Part shown: positions 1 through 9,344 of the stretch, piece by piece
Layout: each line of letters starts with the position of its first letter
Numbering within the stretch: the first letter of the stretch is position 1
From: Candidatus Sigynarchaeum calidifontis
GTDB taxonomy: Archaea; Asgardarchaeota; Lokiarchaeia; Sigyniarchaeales; Sigyniarchaeaceae
Reading direction: 5' to 3'
DNA length: 24,694 bases
NCBI GenBank assembly: GCA_030587475.2
Contig: JAUQYZ020000058.1
Span: 1-24,694 of the forward strand
Position numbers and translations under genes: made by a program
The notes under the pieces: generated by a model
What the model was told of the DNA's origin: nothing
Database searches by the model: none
What the model saw: only the letters and a program-made list of their open reading frames with translations

Positions 1-47
1 CCCGACCGCGCAATTGATAAAGCACGGCGGCGCCACCTTGTCTTGAC

Positions 48-1730
48 ATGGCATCGTTCGAGATACTCGCCAGGGAAGGCATGGGCCGCCTCGGGAAGTT
101 CGAGATCAATGGCAAGTCCATGCTGACGCCCAACATCCTTCCCGTCGTCCATCCGAAATTCCAGATTATTCATCCCGCCGAGCTTCGCAAAAAGTTCGGG
201 GTCGACGCGGTGTTCACGAACGCCTACATCATTTTCAAGGATGAAAACTTGCGCCTGGCCGTGCTGGATAAGGGCGTGCATGCCCACCTCGGGTTCCCCG
301 GCATCATTGCCACGGACTCGGGCGCCTTCCAACACTACATGTACGGCACGGACGACCTCAAGGCCGAGGACATCGAACCGTTCCAGGAGGCAATCGGTTC
401 CGATCTCGGCGTGATCCTCGACCAGCCGGTACAGGTGACCGACGCGCGCGACGTGGCGTTGGCGAAAGTGCGCACGACCCTCCAGCGCGCCGCGGATAAC
501 GTGCAGCGCCGGAAATCCACCAAGACGCAATGGTATGGCCCCATCCACGGGTCGCGGTTCCACGACCTGCTGGAGCAGTCGGCCATCGCAATCAATGGCC
601 TCGACTATGCCGTGCATGCACTCGGTGGCGTGGTCAAGTTACTCAATGATTATCAATTTTCAATGGTGGCACGCATCATCATGGCGGCCAAGCAGCACCT
701 GGATCCGTCCCGCCCCGTGCACCTGTTCGGCGCGGGCCATCCCATGGTGTTCGCGCTATTCGTTGCCCTGGGCTGCGACCTGTTCGATTCTGCCGCGTAC
801 TCGCTCTTTGCCAAGGAGGGGCGCTACATAACCGCGGGCGGCACGTGGCAACTCGATCAGCTAACCGAGTTCCCGTGCTCGTGCCCCACGTGCGCGGGAT
901 ACACGCCGGCCGAGTTGAGAGCTGCCCCGGAGGATGAGCGCATCAAGCACCTCTCGGCGCACAACTTGCACGCGAGCATGGATGAGCTGCGAACGATCCG
1001 GGAGTACATGCGAGCCGAATCCCTTTGGCAACTCGTCGAGACGCGCTGCCGGGCGCATCCCAAGCTACTCGACGCGCTGCGAGTCGCCTCGTCCAGCGGC
1101 CTTCCTGCACTCGCCGAGGAACCGGTCTTCAAGCAGCGCGCCGTGCTCTACGCGGGGCCCGAAACGCTTGCCCGGCCCGACGTCGTCCGGTATCGCGAGT
1201 ACATCGCCAAAAAATATGAAATGCCGGATCATATCAAGATCATCGTTATATTGCCTGAACTCGACGTGAACGCTGTCGCATCCCCGCAACACCAGCAATG
1301 GCGCGAGGCCATCGACGTCGCATGCGCGAGCGATGGGTCCGGCGGCAGCGGGTTGGCGCGCGAGCACGTCCTGATCGTCATCATTAACCCCGTGCTCGGC
1401 CTCATCCCCGAGGATCTCCTTTCATCCTACCCTGCGTCCCACAACGTGTTCCCCGAAACATTGGACCTCGATCAACAAGCCATGATGGAGGCGGCGCTCG
1501 CCGGATTCCTCCAGCGCGCTCGCGTGGCGAGCACGCGCGTGATTGCAATGGTGCCGGAGACCTACCGGGCCGAGATGGGCATCGATGTCGCGTATGACGG
1601 GGCTTTCTTGCGATCCGCCATCGATCATTGCCGGCACGCGATCGACGCGCCCGCTATCGAGGTCGTGACGTCGCCGGATGGCTTGCGCGAGGCACTTGCA
1701 CGTGCCCGCCTTCAAGCACGGGGCGATTAG
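48..1730 (+). CDS. tgtA: Archaeosine tRNA-guanine(15) transglycosylase (ArcTGT)
   Basis: TGT motifs TDSGAFQ, HLFGAGHP, GCDLFDSAAY and Zn site CSCPTC...HN; archaeal-type LWQLVETRCRAHP segment. No recognisable PUA domain at the C-terminus. Confidence 0.95.
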   Translation: MASFEILAREGMGRLGKFEINGKSMLTPNILPVVHPKFQIIHPAELRKKFGVDAVFTNAYIIFKDENLRLAVLDKGVHAHLGFPGIIATDSGAFQHYMYGTDDLKAEDIEPFQEAIGSDLGVILDQPVQVTDARDVALAKVRTTLQRAADNVQRRKSTKTQWYGPIHGSRFHDLLEQSAIAINGLDYAVHALGGVVKLLNDYQFSMVARIIMAAKQHLDPSRPVHLFGAGHPMVFALFVALGCDLFDSAAYSLFAKEGRYITAGGTWQLDQLTEFPCSCPTCAGYTPAELRAAPEDERIKHLSAHNLHASMDELRTIREYMRAESLWQLVETRCRAHPKLLDALRVASSSGLPALAEEPVFKQRAVLYAGPETLARPDVVRYREYIAKKYEMPDHIKIIVILPELDVNAVASPQHQQWREAIDVACASDGSGGSGLAREHVLIVIINPVLGLIPEDLLSSYPASHNVFPETLDLDQQAMMEAALAGFLQRARVASTRVIAMVPETYRAEMGIDVAYDGAFLRSAIDHCRHAIDAPAIEVVTSPDGLREALARARLQARGD

Positions 1731-1795
1731 TTTTAAGAAGGATATTGGAGATCATTGTTCAAGAAGCTGTGAATTTAATCGCGGGCGGAAACCCT

Positions 1796-2209
1796 ATGAC
1801 TTTCAAATTCGGAACAGAAATAGGCCTCACCGAGAGCGATATCAGCCTCCTGGAGCCCGAGGTTGCCTTTATCACCGAGAACACGGAAGTGGAGGCGATC
1901 GCCTTGACTACTTCCGAGGGGTTCCAGATCGCCTTCGCTGCGGTGCCGAGCTACCACCTTGACTCGGATGCGTTCTCGGGCCTGGCGAGCGCGCTCACCA
2001 TGACAGGCAAGACGACGCTCATGAGCGTGTTCCAAAAAGAACTCGACGAGATCATCGTACGGGCGGAGAATGGCTACGTCGTCGTCTCGAACGCTGGCCG
2101 CTTCGTGCTCGTCGGCGCGAGCCGCCTTATCAACTCGATGATGCAGACCGTGAAGATCTTCCGACAAGCCGCCACGCGCATCGCGCAGAACTTCCCCGCG
2201 CGAGCATAA
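1796..2209 (+). CDS. Roadblock/LC7 (LAMTOR2/MglB-like) domain protein
   Basis: ATG at 1796 is in frame with ORF 1628..2209 and avoids overlap with tgtA. Pattern VEAIALTTSEGFQIA...SGLASAL...LDEIIVRAENGYVVV is typical of roadblock domains. Confidence 0.88.
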   Translation: MTFKFGTEIGLTESDISLLEPEVAFITENTEVEAIALTTSEGFQIAFAAVPSYHLDSDAFSGLASALTMTGKTTLMSVFQKELDEIIVRAENGYVVVSNAGRFVLVGASRLINSMMQTVKIFRQAATRIAQNFPARA

Positions 2210-2294
2210 TTGCCAGAAATAGCCTTCTTTTCAAGACGTGGATACCTTTTCATGATCCACGCGGATATCTCCTTCAAGATTAGAAACGCGTGTT

Positions 2295-2948
2295 TTACCC
2301 GAGGATTTGGCGCAGCGCACGGTAGAACCGGGAGAACGCCGCGATGCGCGCCTGGTCGTAGTTTTGCAGGCAATAGGTGATGAACTGCGCGAGACCGGCG
2401 GGATCCTTGACCCACTGGAGCAGCTGCTGGACCTCTTGAGCCTCGGGACTGGTTCCACCCCCTTGCGGCCGCGGACCACCGGATTGCACCAGCTGCGCGC
2501 TTGAAACGTCAGTCTTCTGGTAAATCGTGGAGCTCGTTGCAGCGGTCATGGCGAGCCCAGCGGTGCTGCCGCCAGGGCGGATCTGCCCAGCAGCGCGGGC
2601 GAGATCCATGTATGCCCCGTCGTATGCAGCATCCGGGAGCACGAAGCCGAGCACGCATTGGCCCCCGGGCGTTGTTGCCCCAACGAGGTGCCCTTGCTTC
2701 TTGATGTTGGTGCTAATAAAACGTTCCGTCGTGGATTGCAAGACAGAGAACTTCACGCCTTGCAACGTCACCGAGATCGAGTTTCCACCGCGCCACGCGT
2801 TGATGACGGTCTTCACTTCTTGCGGGGTTGGCTGCCAATTGCTCGTGCAGTATATAATGTCGCCGGTCATCGTGGTGATGATTACTCCAGCGATAGAAGG
2901 ATTATATTGCTGCAAAGTCGCGATGATGGAGACGTAATCGACGGACAT
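2295..2948 (-). CDS. Asgard (Loki-type) profilin domain with a C-terminal linker and helical extension
   Basis: N-terminal ~123 aa carry Loki-profilin hallmarks GDIIYCTSNW, SVTLQGVKFSVLQSTTERFISTN and GHLVGATTPGG. A low-complexity linker and ~50 aa amphipathic segment follow. ATG at 2948 (TTG alternative at 2954). Confidence 0.8.
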   Translation of the reverse strand: MSVDYVSIIATLQQYNPSIAGVIITTMTGDIIYCTSNWQPTPQEVKTVINAWRGGNSISVTLQGVKFSVLQSTTERFISTNIKKQGHLVGATTPGGQCVLGFVLPDAAYDGAYMDLARAAGQIRPGGSTAGLAMTAATSSTIYQKTDVSSAQLVQSGGPRPQGGGTSPEAQEVQQLLQWVKDPAGLAQFITYCLQNYDQARIAAFSRFYRALRQILG

Positions 2949-3159
2949 TGGCAATTCACAAGAGGGTTAATGCGCGTTGAGCGCCGCATGTAATATTAAA
3001 TCGGCTTTGTCTCAAATCGTGTATGTAAGAGGTTCCCCGTCAAGTTTAATAAGATTTTTTTTTTGCAACAAGTCGCGCGATGCCTTCCATAACGAAACCG
3101 GGCATAAAGCATCCCTGGCGATTAATCAGACACTAATCACGGTGGCCTATCATCGCGGA

Positions 3160-4386
3160 TCAAGGCAACATGGTCTTTTCCAAAACACATTTCCCCGCGT
3201 CGACGACCACCGTGGGCGGTTGTTCGAAGCTGAATCGCATGGAAAACGTCGTGCTGTAGGCGCCGCAATTGAGCAGGAGCACGTGCTCTCCCGCGACCGC
3301 TTCCTTGATGAAATGCACACCCTTGCCGAACACGTCTTGCTCCGTGGGCACCCGCCCCTGGAAGCTGATGGGGAACCCATGCGGGGCTTCGGGATGCTCC
3401 AGTGAAAAGAACCGATAATGACTGTTTGCGAAGCGCGTGAGCACGTCCATGCCGATGTCCAACAGTGCCCAGCGACTGCCATCATCGTCCTTGAAAACGT
3501 GCAACATGCTCGCGACGAGTGCCCCGGCGTCTCCCGCGATGTACCGCCCCGGCTCGAAGCAGATGATATGCCGGCCAAGTTGATGGCGGGCCGTGATCGC
3601 GTCACGTATCGCTGCCATAGCGTCGCGGAGAAAGCCGGGCGTGGCCATCTCGGGCTCGGGAAACCCGCCGCCGAGGTCGAGCATCAAGGGTGATTGAAAA
3701 TCGATCCCGCTCCTCTGTTCCAGGGCGTCCTGGGCATCCAGGAGGACATTACACGCCCGCGCGTACGCTTTTGGATCCTGGATCTGCGAGCCCGCGTGGC
3801 ACGCGAGCATGCACGGGGTCACGTGCGCGCACGTGGATAGTATTTCCCCGAGACTCGACATTGCCGCCCCATCACCCACAGAAAATCCAAGCCGGTTCCC
3901 TTTTTTCGGGAACTTGAAACGCAAACCGAGACGAGCAGATTTCTGATGCTGCTTGCAAGCATTTTCGAGGGCCGTGATGTTTTTCGCCCATGACTCCACG
4001 AACAGCAAGCCATCGTACTTTTCTGTTAGTTTATATGTTTCGACGTCGTGGTATATCCCGTCGATGAGGATATCTTTTGGCTGGAACCCAGCAACTAGTG
4101 CCATGTCGAATTCTTTCGCTGACACCGCTTGCGCGCCGAAATCCGTCGCAGCGATCGCTCGAAGCAGTGCAGGTTGCAGGTTCGTTTTCAACGAGTAGAA
4201 TAAACGAACGCTTGGAAACGATTCTTGAGCGATGCGAGAAAACGTTTGGCAGTTTTCCCGTGCTCGGTCAAGCACGATGACGAAGAAAGGGGGCTTTGCC
4301 AGCATCATGACATCACTGGCCCGCACGCCCCCGAACATCAATAGCCCATCATGTATTACGAAAGCGGGGTTGTTGGCCAGGCGCAT
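3160..4386 (-). CDS. PLP-dependent group IV (alanine-racemase-fold) decarboxylase, LysA/ODC family
   Basis: FYSLKTN (PLP lysine), HAGSQ, DLGGGF, EPGRY, GAY. The usual GPxC motif reads GRVP, so substrate and activity are uncertain. Confidence 0.85.
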   Translation of the reverse strand: MRLANNPAFVIHDGLLMFGGVRASDVMMLAKPPFFVIVLDRARENCQTFSRIAQESFPSVRLFYSLKTNLQPALLRAIAATDFGAQAVSAKEFDMALVAGFQPKDILIDGIYHDVETYKLTEKYDGLLFVESWAKNITALENACKQHQKSARLGLRFKFPKKGNRLGFSVGDGAAMSSLGEILSTCAHVTPCMLACHAGSQIQDPKAYARACNVLLDAQDALEQRSGIDFQSPLMLDLGGGFPEPEMATPGFLRDAMAAIRDAITARHQLGRHIICFEPGRYIAGDAGALVASMLHVFKDDDGSRWALLDIGMDVLTRFANSHYRFFSLEHPEAPHGFPISFQGRVPTEQDVFGKGVHFIKEAVAGEHVLLLNCGAYSTTFSMRFSFEQPPTVVVDAGKCVLEKTMLP

Positions 4387-4389
4387 TGA

Positions 4390-5652
4390 TCAATCCTCCG
4401 AGCCGGTTTCTCCCGGATCTACCCCACCACGCTCGTCTCCATCGTCGTTTCCGGCATCGTCTTCCTCGACGTGCAAGTTGTCGTTGGATATCGAAGCATC
4501 GTCCGGGCCATGCTCATTTTCAACGGGAGGAGCGAGCGGGAGGAGATAGAGAGCATCAGCAAAGTAAAATCCCGCGATCGTGACACCCTCGGCATCGATG
4601 CCGAGCCATGGCTGGATTTTTTCCACCCGTTCCTCGAACGTTGCTAGATCCATGAGGTTCATCGTACCGTCGGATTTATTAAGCGAGATAACTTGAAACT
4701 GGGCCAAATTATCCTTGCCGGACTGGAACACGATAGATTCTTCGGTGAACGTGTCGGGCTTGGCGTGTTCAACCCTGCCCGTCGTTAATGACACGAGATG
4801 TAGCATTGCTGATGTTGTCTTGAGTACCAGGCACGGGTCGCCGCTCTTCGGAAGCAGTAACACGTCGCCGGGGAGGAAGGGCAGCAACCGTATCCCGAAG
4901 AATTGCCTGGTCTGGCCAGATCCAGTTTCTTTATCGATGCCCACCAGCTTGAACGATTCCTTGACCTCGACGCAGTATTTTTTCCGCAATTGCCCCGCGA
5001 TGACCTTGCCGAGCTTTTTCGAAACAAGCTTGATGTCCACGCCCCCGGGCACGGTTTCGATGGAGGTGACTTGCGCCATTCCATGCGATTCGATCCGAGC
5101 TGCGAGCAATTCGACATCGTGCCGCATTTGCTCGATGATAGCGTCGTTCTCGGCTCGTTTCATGGCCGTTCGCAGCTGGATCACGGAATTATGGTAACCG
5201 ACGCGCTTCTGCGCGCACTCGTTGCATGACCCGACCGAGTACTTGAGTTGCACGGTCATAGTTGCCTCGCGGGGCTCGTTCTCGTCTCGTTCCCGCCCGG
5301 TCAACTCGAACCAAACGATCTTCTTTTTCCCAGAATCGAGCACGTCGGGTTCGTGCTTGAAATCGATGAAGAAATCCAGCTTTTCATGACCCGGGATCTT
5401 GGTCAGGAGAAAATGATAGATGGCTTGCATCCAGACCTCCTTGTACACCTTGGCCTCGGGCACGTTCCATGCCTTGGCATCATCCTCGATGTTGCGGTAT
5501 CTCATGCACGTGGGGCAAATTTGGATGAATAACGAGCTCTTGTCGAGCGTGAAGAGGGGATGCTCCTTGTTATAACACGCCTTGCACGTCGTGTACTTCT
5601 TGATCTCGTCGAGGCTAACGGTTTTGGAGCAAACCGGGCAAAATCTGTTCAT
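4390..5652 (-). CDS. nmd3: NMD3 family large-subunit maturation factor
   Basis: Four CxxC pairs (CPVC, CKAC, CPTC, CNEC), YHNSVIQLR and GGVDIKL motifs, a C-terminal beta-rich region and an acidic tail; adjacent to DUF424 and aIF-2beta. Confidence 0.9.
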   Translation of the reverse strand: MNRFCPVCSKTVSLDEIKKYTTCKACYNKEHPLFTLDKSSLFIQICPTCMRYRNIEDDAKAWNVPEAKVYKEVWMQAIYHFLLTKIPGHEKLDFFIDFKHEPDVLDSGKKKIVWFELTGRERDENEPREATMTVQLKYSVGSCNECAQKRVGYHNSVIQLRTAMKRAENDAIIEQMRHDVELLAARIESHGMAQVTSIETVPGGVDIKLVSKKLGKVIAGQLRKKYCVEVKESFKLVGIDKETGSGQTRQFFGIRLLPFLPGDVLLLPKSGDPCLVLKTTSAMLHLVSLTTGRVEHAKPDTFTEESIVFQSGKDNLAQFQVISLNKSDGTMNLMDLATFEERVEKIQPWLGIDAEGVTIAGFYFADALYLLPLAPPVENEHGPDDASISNDNLHVEEDDAGNDDGDERGGVDPGETGSED

Positions 5653-5694
5653 ATATAAGACCCCTTTTTCACGGTTCTCGGCCTTATTGCCGCG

Positions 5695-6033
5695 TCACGT
5701 GCGGATGAGGATCAAGTGGGGAACATTACACGTGCGTCGTGCACCTTCTTTCGAGATCAGCTCGCAATCGTGTAAATGGCTGATGATGTGTTCCCCGATG
5801 ATTTGAATGCTATCCATTGTCTCGATGTTCTCAGCGATGACGTCGCTGGCCTCATCGAGGCTGATCTCGGTGCCTTTATAAAACCCTTCGGTGATCCGCA
5901 AGCAGCACTTGCCCTCGGTGAAGGTTTTCCCGAGCAATTCGCTATCACAGCAGCTTAAGAATTTCTTACCTTGCATTATGTGTATCTTAATGTAAACGGT
6001 TCGCTTCACCGCTACTCGCTTCGCTCGGTTCAT
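5695..6033 (-). CDS. DUF424 family protein
   Basis: YIKIH...SCCDSELLGKTF...FYKG...IIGE...VPH pattern; ATG at 6033 overlaps the aIF-2beta stop (ATGA coupling). Confidence 0.88.
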   Translation of the reverse strand: MNRAKRVAVKRTVYIKIHIMQGKKFLSCCDSELLGKTFTEGKCCLRITEGFYKGTEISLDEASDVIAENIETMDSIQIIGEHIISHLHDCELISKEGARRTCNVPHLILIRT

Positions 6034-6449
6034 AGCTTCGGGATGGCGCGCGTGGAACCGCAAGCCTGGCAGAGCAATACGGCTTGCCGGCCCTCCTTGT
6101 CTATCTGCGTATCGGGGCGCCCACAAGTCTTGCATATAACGAAATCTTTCACGTACTTGTCGATAGCTTCGAGAATCGCCTTTTTCGTGAAGACGCCCGT
6201 GAGCGTCGCACGTCCCGCTTGCTCGTCATACGTCCCCGCAGTGCCGATCTCGTTCACGACGTACTTGAGCATGTGTTTGGGGTCACGTGCCGCCCGCTCC
6301 GCCAGCTGCTTGAAGTTTTTAATGAGAGTTTTATTGCCTTCGGTGAACGCTTGCGCCTCGATCATAACGAACCGCTCGTGCGAAGTGGCATCTTTTGGCA
6401 ATTGGCTCAGCGCGTGATCCAAGAGCTTGATATAATCTTTTTCTTCCAT
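6030..6449 (-). CDS. eif2b: Translation initiation factor 2 subunit beta (aIF-2beta)
   Basis: Y..LLD.A...LP, EGNKTLIKNF, RDPKH, zinc finger CKTCGRPDT...CQACG; ATG at 6449. Confidence 0.95.
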   Translation of the reverse strand: MEEKDYIKLLDHALSQLPKDATSHERFVMIEAQAFTEGNKTLIKNFKQLAERAARDPKHMLKYVVNEIGTAGTYDEQAGRATLTGVFTKKAILEAIDKYVKDFVICKTCGRPDTQIDKEGRQAVLLCQACGSTRAIPKL

Positions 6450-6491
6450 CGGTCTCTGCAAAAAATAAGCAATCCGATCAATAATAGGTTC

Positions 6492-7427
6492 TCACTTGCC
6501 ACGATATGTGCCGGGTTTTGAAGGTATTTCCTCGATGGTGCCCTCGTTCGCCATGATCTTCAAGACACGGGCAATTATATTGCGATCGAGGGCAAGGATT
6601 TCTGCTAACTTCGCGATCGTGATACCGTCGAGGAATTCCGGCTCCGTAATGGTATTCATGATGGATCCCTTGATGATGTCATCTTCGATTTCGACATCTT
6701 CCTCTGGCACCGCCCCGGCACCTGAGCTTTCAGCACGGAGGATAGCAGCACTGCCGGCAGCTATGCCATCGCCATCACCTTCGCTTTTCTCTATTCCGAG
6801 ACGGGGCGTGAATTGGATATTTTGCGTGCTTGCATCGCCGACCATTATGGGTTGCTCGATTTCCGAGACATCATCTTGTTCTGTGCCTTTTTCCGTCGAT
6901 GAGAAGAACTTGCTCGCGTCGTCGGCGGGGTTGATAATGCGGCCCCCGCCGGGGAGCTCGAGTGGCTTTTTGTTCGCTGCGAGCTGCTTGAGTTTTTTCA
7001 AGATCATTGCTCGATGGTGCAGCTCGACGGACAAGTCATTTAGCTTCCGGATCCCGTCGATCGTGAACGTGATCTCGTTCTTGTATTCCCCGGCACGCGC
7101 AAGGGCGATGACCATGTCCCCTTTCTCATACCTTGATGCCTCTGCCTCGCCCACGCCAAACCAAGTCGCTACCATAAGCCCGGTGCCGTCGTCAAGTGTG
7201 AGGCGGAGGCGGCTCCTCGTGCCTTTTTCCCCGCCTGTTCCTTGAGACGCGGGCGTGTATTCGCGATCGAGAATCATGGCAACGACCTGGACTCGTTTCA
7301 GCATCCCGAAGATGGTATTCAATTCTTTTCGTGATGCATCGAAGATTCCCCCGACTACATCTTTTATCCTCGCGGGCGGGGCACGGGCAACCTCGAATTT
7401 CTTCCGCGGTTCAACATCGGCCTCCAT
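6492..7427 (-). CDS. RPA32/RPA2-like ssDNA-binding subunit (OB fold + acidic linker + C-terminal winged helix)
   Basis: OB-fold motif RVQVVA...LTLDDGTG...GEYKNE followed by a trimerisation-like helix (ELHHRAMILK). C-terminal GITIAKLAEILAL...VLKIMANEGTI..P..GTY winged helix. Confidence 0.75.
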   Translation of the reverse strand: MEADVEPRKKFEVARAPPARIKDVVGGIFDASRKELNTIFGMLKRVQVVAMILDREYTPASQGTGGEKGTRSRLRLTLDDGTGLMVATWFGVGEAEASRYEKGDMVIALARAGEYKNEITFTIDGIRKLNDLSVELHHRAMILKKLKQLAANKKPLELPGGGRIINPADDASKFFSSTEKGTEQDDVSEIEQPIMVGDASTQNIQFTPRLGIEKSEGDGDGIAAGSAAILRAESSGAGAVPEEDVEIEDDIIKGSIMNTITEPEFLDGITIAKLAEILALDRNIIARVLKIMANEGTIEEIPSKPGTYRGK

Positions 7428-7560
7428 AATTGGCAACCTGGCTCAACAATACTTTGTCGACAACGCGGCACGTCGAATCGTTCTTATTTGTATTTTATAA
7501 TGACGTGAGTTTTTATTCTACTTGTTATTAACCTATTTAAAAACACGAGACATGAGGCCC

Positions 7561-8088
7561 ATGGACGAACCGAACAGCGCGACGCACCGGCTCACGAGGT
7601 ATTTGCTCTGGGCCTCAAATGAAACCATTGAGCAGAACCAGATCCCGATCCCGGTCGAAATAAATCGCGATCTTATTGCCAAACACAAGTATATTCTTGG
7701 TATTTTTGCACCATCGAAGGATTTCCTCAAAGTGACTGCATATTACCTTGATACTTGTGATGTGTCGAAGATCACGTTCGTATTCGACAAGATCGATGAA
7801 GACATCGTGAAACAAGTCAGTCTCGTCATCAAGGACATACCTCAAACCCCCATTCACGTATCCGGCTTTTGCATAAAGCAAGACAAGTATATATACGAGC
7901 TTTACGTGAAAGGAAAGAAGGATGCAGCGGCGGATATCGTCGCCGTGGTGAAAAAGCACGCATCAAGCTTCCAAACGAGCATCGAGGAAATATCCTTGAA
8001 AACACGTGCTGGATCCGAGGCAGCACGGGAGGCAAGGAGCCGCAAGCCCGCGAAGCCTCCGAGTAAAGCCAAACATGTCAAGCCTTGA
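7561..8088 (+). CDS. Hypothetical protein, possible ACT-like C-terminal fold
   Basis: Plausible ORF preceded by TATTTAAA about 25 nt upstream; PIHVSGFC...YIYELYV beta pattern; basic tail. Start is 7552 or 7561. Confidence 0.6.
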   Translation: MDEPNSATHRLTRYLLWASNETIEQNQIPIPVEINRDLIAKHKYILGIFAPSKDFLKVTAYYLDTCDVSKITFVFDKIDEDIVKQVSLVIKDIPQTPIHVSGFCIKQDKYIYELYVKGKKDAAADIVAVVKKHASSFQTSIEEISLKTRAGSEAAREARSRKPAKPPSKAKHVKP

Positions 8089-8587
8089 AGTCCGAAGCCT
8101 TCAAGACCATGTAATACGCGTCTTCCCCGTCCTTGTAATACTCGGGAATCGTCTTCTCGATGGTGAACTTCAATTTCTTGTACATAGCGATGGCGGGAGA
8201 ATTAGAAATGCGCACCTCGAGCACGTAGAGGTCGATGCCGTAGTTTTTTACTTGTTTCATACCCTGGACAAGGAGCCCTTCCCCGATCTTCTTTCCTTGA
8301 TACTCCTTGAGCACTGCGATGCTCACGAGATGCCCTTTCTTGATAAACTTGAGGCCCGATTCAAGGTTTCGCTCGACGCGGAACATGACATAACCTATAA
8401 TCTGGTTCGTGCGATCATCTTGAGCAACAAGAAAACTTTCAGGGAAACGCTCGATGATACTCTCGTAAAAAAACTGCGGGTAATTTTCAGGGAGCGTGCG
8501 CTCGTTGATGTTCATGACCGCTGCAAGCTCGTCCCGGGTGCAGCGCCGGATAGTTATACCATTTGCCAAGGTGTGCATCCTTTGCAT
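8078..8587 (-). CDS. ard1: N-terminal acetyltransferase, Ard1/RimI (Naa10-like) GNAT
   Basis: INERTLPENY, GHLVSIAV, QGKKIG acetyl-CoA loop, LEVRISN..AIAMY, YYKDGEDAY. Confidence 0.93.
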   Translation of the reverse strand: MQRMHTLANGITIRRCTRDELAAVMNINERTLPENYPQFFYESIIERFPESFLVAQDDRTNQIIGYVMFRVERNLESGLKFIKKGHLVSIAVLKEYQGKKIGEGLLVQGMKQVKNYGIDLYVLEVRISNSPAIAMYKKLKFTIEKTIPEYYKDGEDAYYMVLKASDFKA

Positions 8588-8695
8588 TGATCACGCGCAA
8601 CTCCATGTGAGTAGAGGCGAGTAATAGAAGCCTCCGGTGCCTTTTATGTTGCCGAAACGCCTCGGAATGCACGAGTTGTTTTTTCATCTACCTAA

Positions 8696-8707
8696 GAAGA
8701 TATAAAA
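8696..8707 (+). promoter_or_regulatory. Putative BRE/TATA box for a leaderless AK6 transcript
   Basis: Purine-rich GAAGA followed by TATAAAA, ending about 20 nt upstream of ATG 8728. Confidence 0.5.
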
Positions 8708-8727
8708 CCACTCCGCAAAGGGGGCAT

Positions 8728-9312
8728 ATGGCGCGCATTCTTGCCATCGCGGGCACGCCTGGAGTTGGCAAAACCACGATCGGAAGAGCTGTCGCGATCC
8801 AGCTGCGTGGAGAAGTTCTCTCGATCGGGGAATTCGTGATAGCACGGCACTTGTATGATGCATGGGATAGCAACCGATCGACACACGTCGTCGACGAAGA
8901 CAAGGCAAGGAAAGCTTTATTGCAAGAGATCGATCGCGCGCGAGCGCGGGACGACATCGATTGGCTCATCATCGAGGGCTTAATGGCGGACATTATCGCG
9001 GACGTATGCGACCTCGCGATAGTCCTCCGACTCGATCCACGAATCGTTAAAACCAGGCTCGAGCAAAAAGGATATGATAATAAGAAAATCACGGAGAATA
9101 TACAAGCTGAACTCCTCGGAGTGTCTACATACCACATGAAAAAGGCAAGGGGAAAAGATTTCCTCGACTTGGATACTACCGGCAAGAATATCAGCGAAGT
9201 GACGAACATCATAACCCGCGTTGTCGAGGGAAAGGAGGACAAAGCCGCATACCGACCAGGCCTCATTGACTGGATCTCGAAGCCAGGCATCGATCCGGCT
9301 GCTTTCTTCTGA
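8728..9312 (+). CDS. Adenylate kinase AK6/Fap7 family
   Basis: Walker A GTPGVGKTT, VVDED, LRLDP...RL..KGY...KI.EN..AE, DTTG and terminal IDW motifs. Confidence 0.9.
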   Translation: MARILAIAGTPGVGKTTIGRAVAIQLRGEVLSIGEFVIARHLYDAWDSNRSTHVVDEDKARKALLQEIDRARARDDIDWLIIEGLMADIIADVCDLAIVLRLDPRIVKTRLEQKGYDNKKITENIQAELLGVSTYHMKKARGKDFLDLDTTGKNISEVTNIITRVVEGKEDKAAYRPGLIDWISKPGIDPAAFF

Positions 9313-9329
9313 GCTAACTTGGATTAAGG

Positions 9330-9338
9330 AAAAAAAAA
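9330..9338 (-). terminator. Oligo-U terminator for the coiled-coil gene
   Basis: A9 on + (T9 on -) 6 nt downstream of the stop at 9345. Confidence 0.55.
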
Positions 9339-9344
9339 GAGTGG

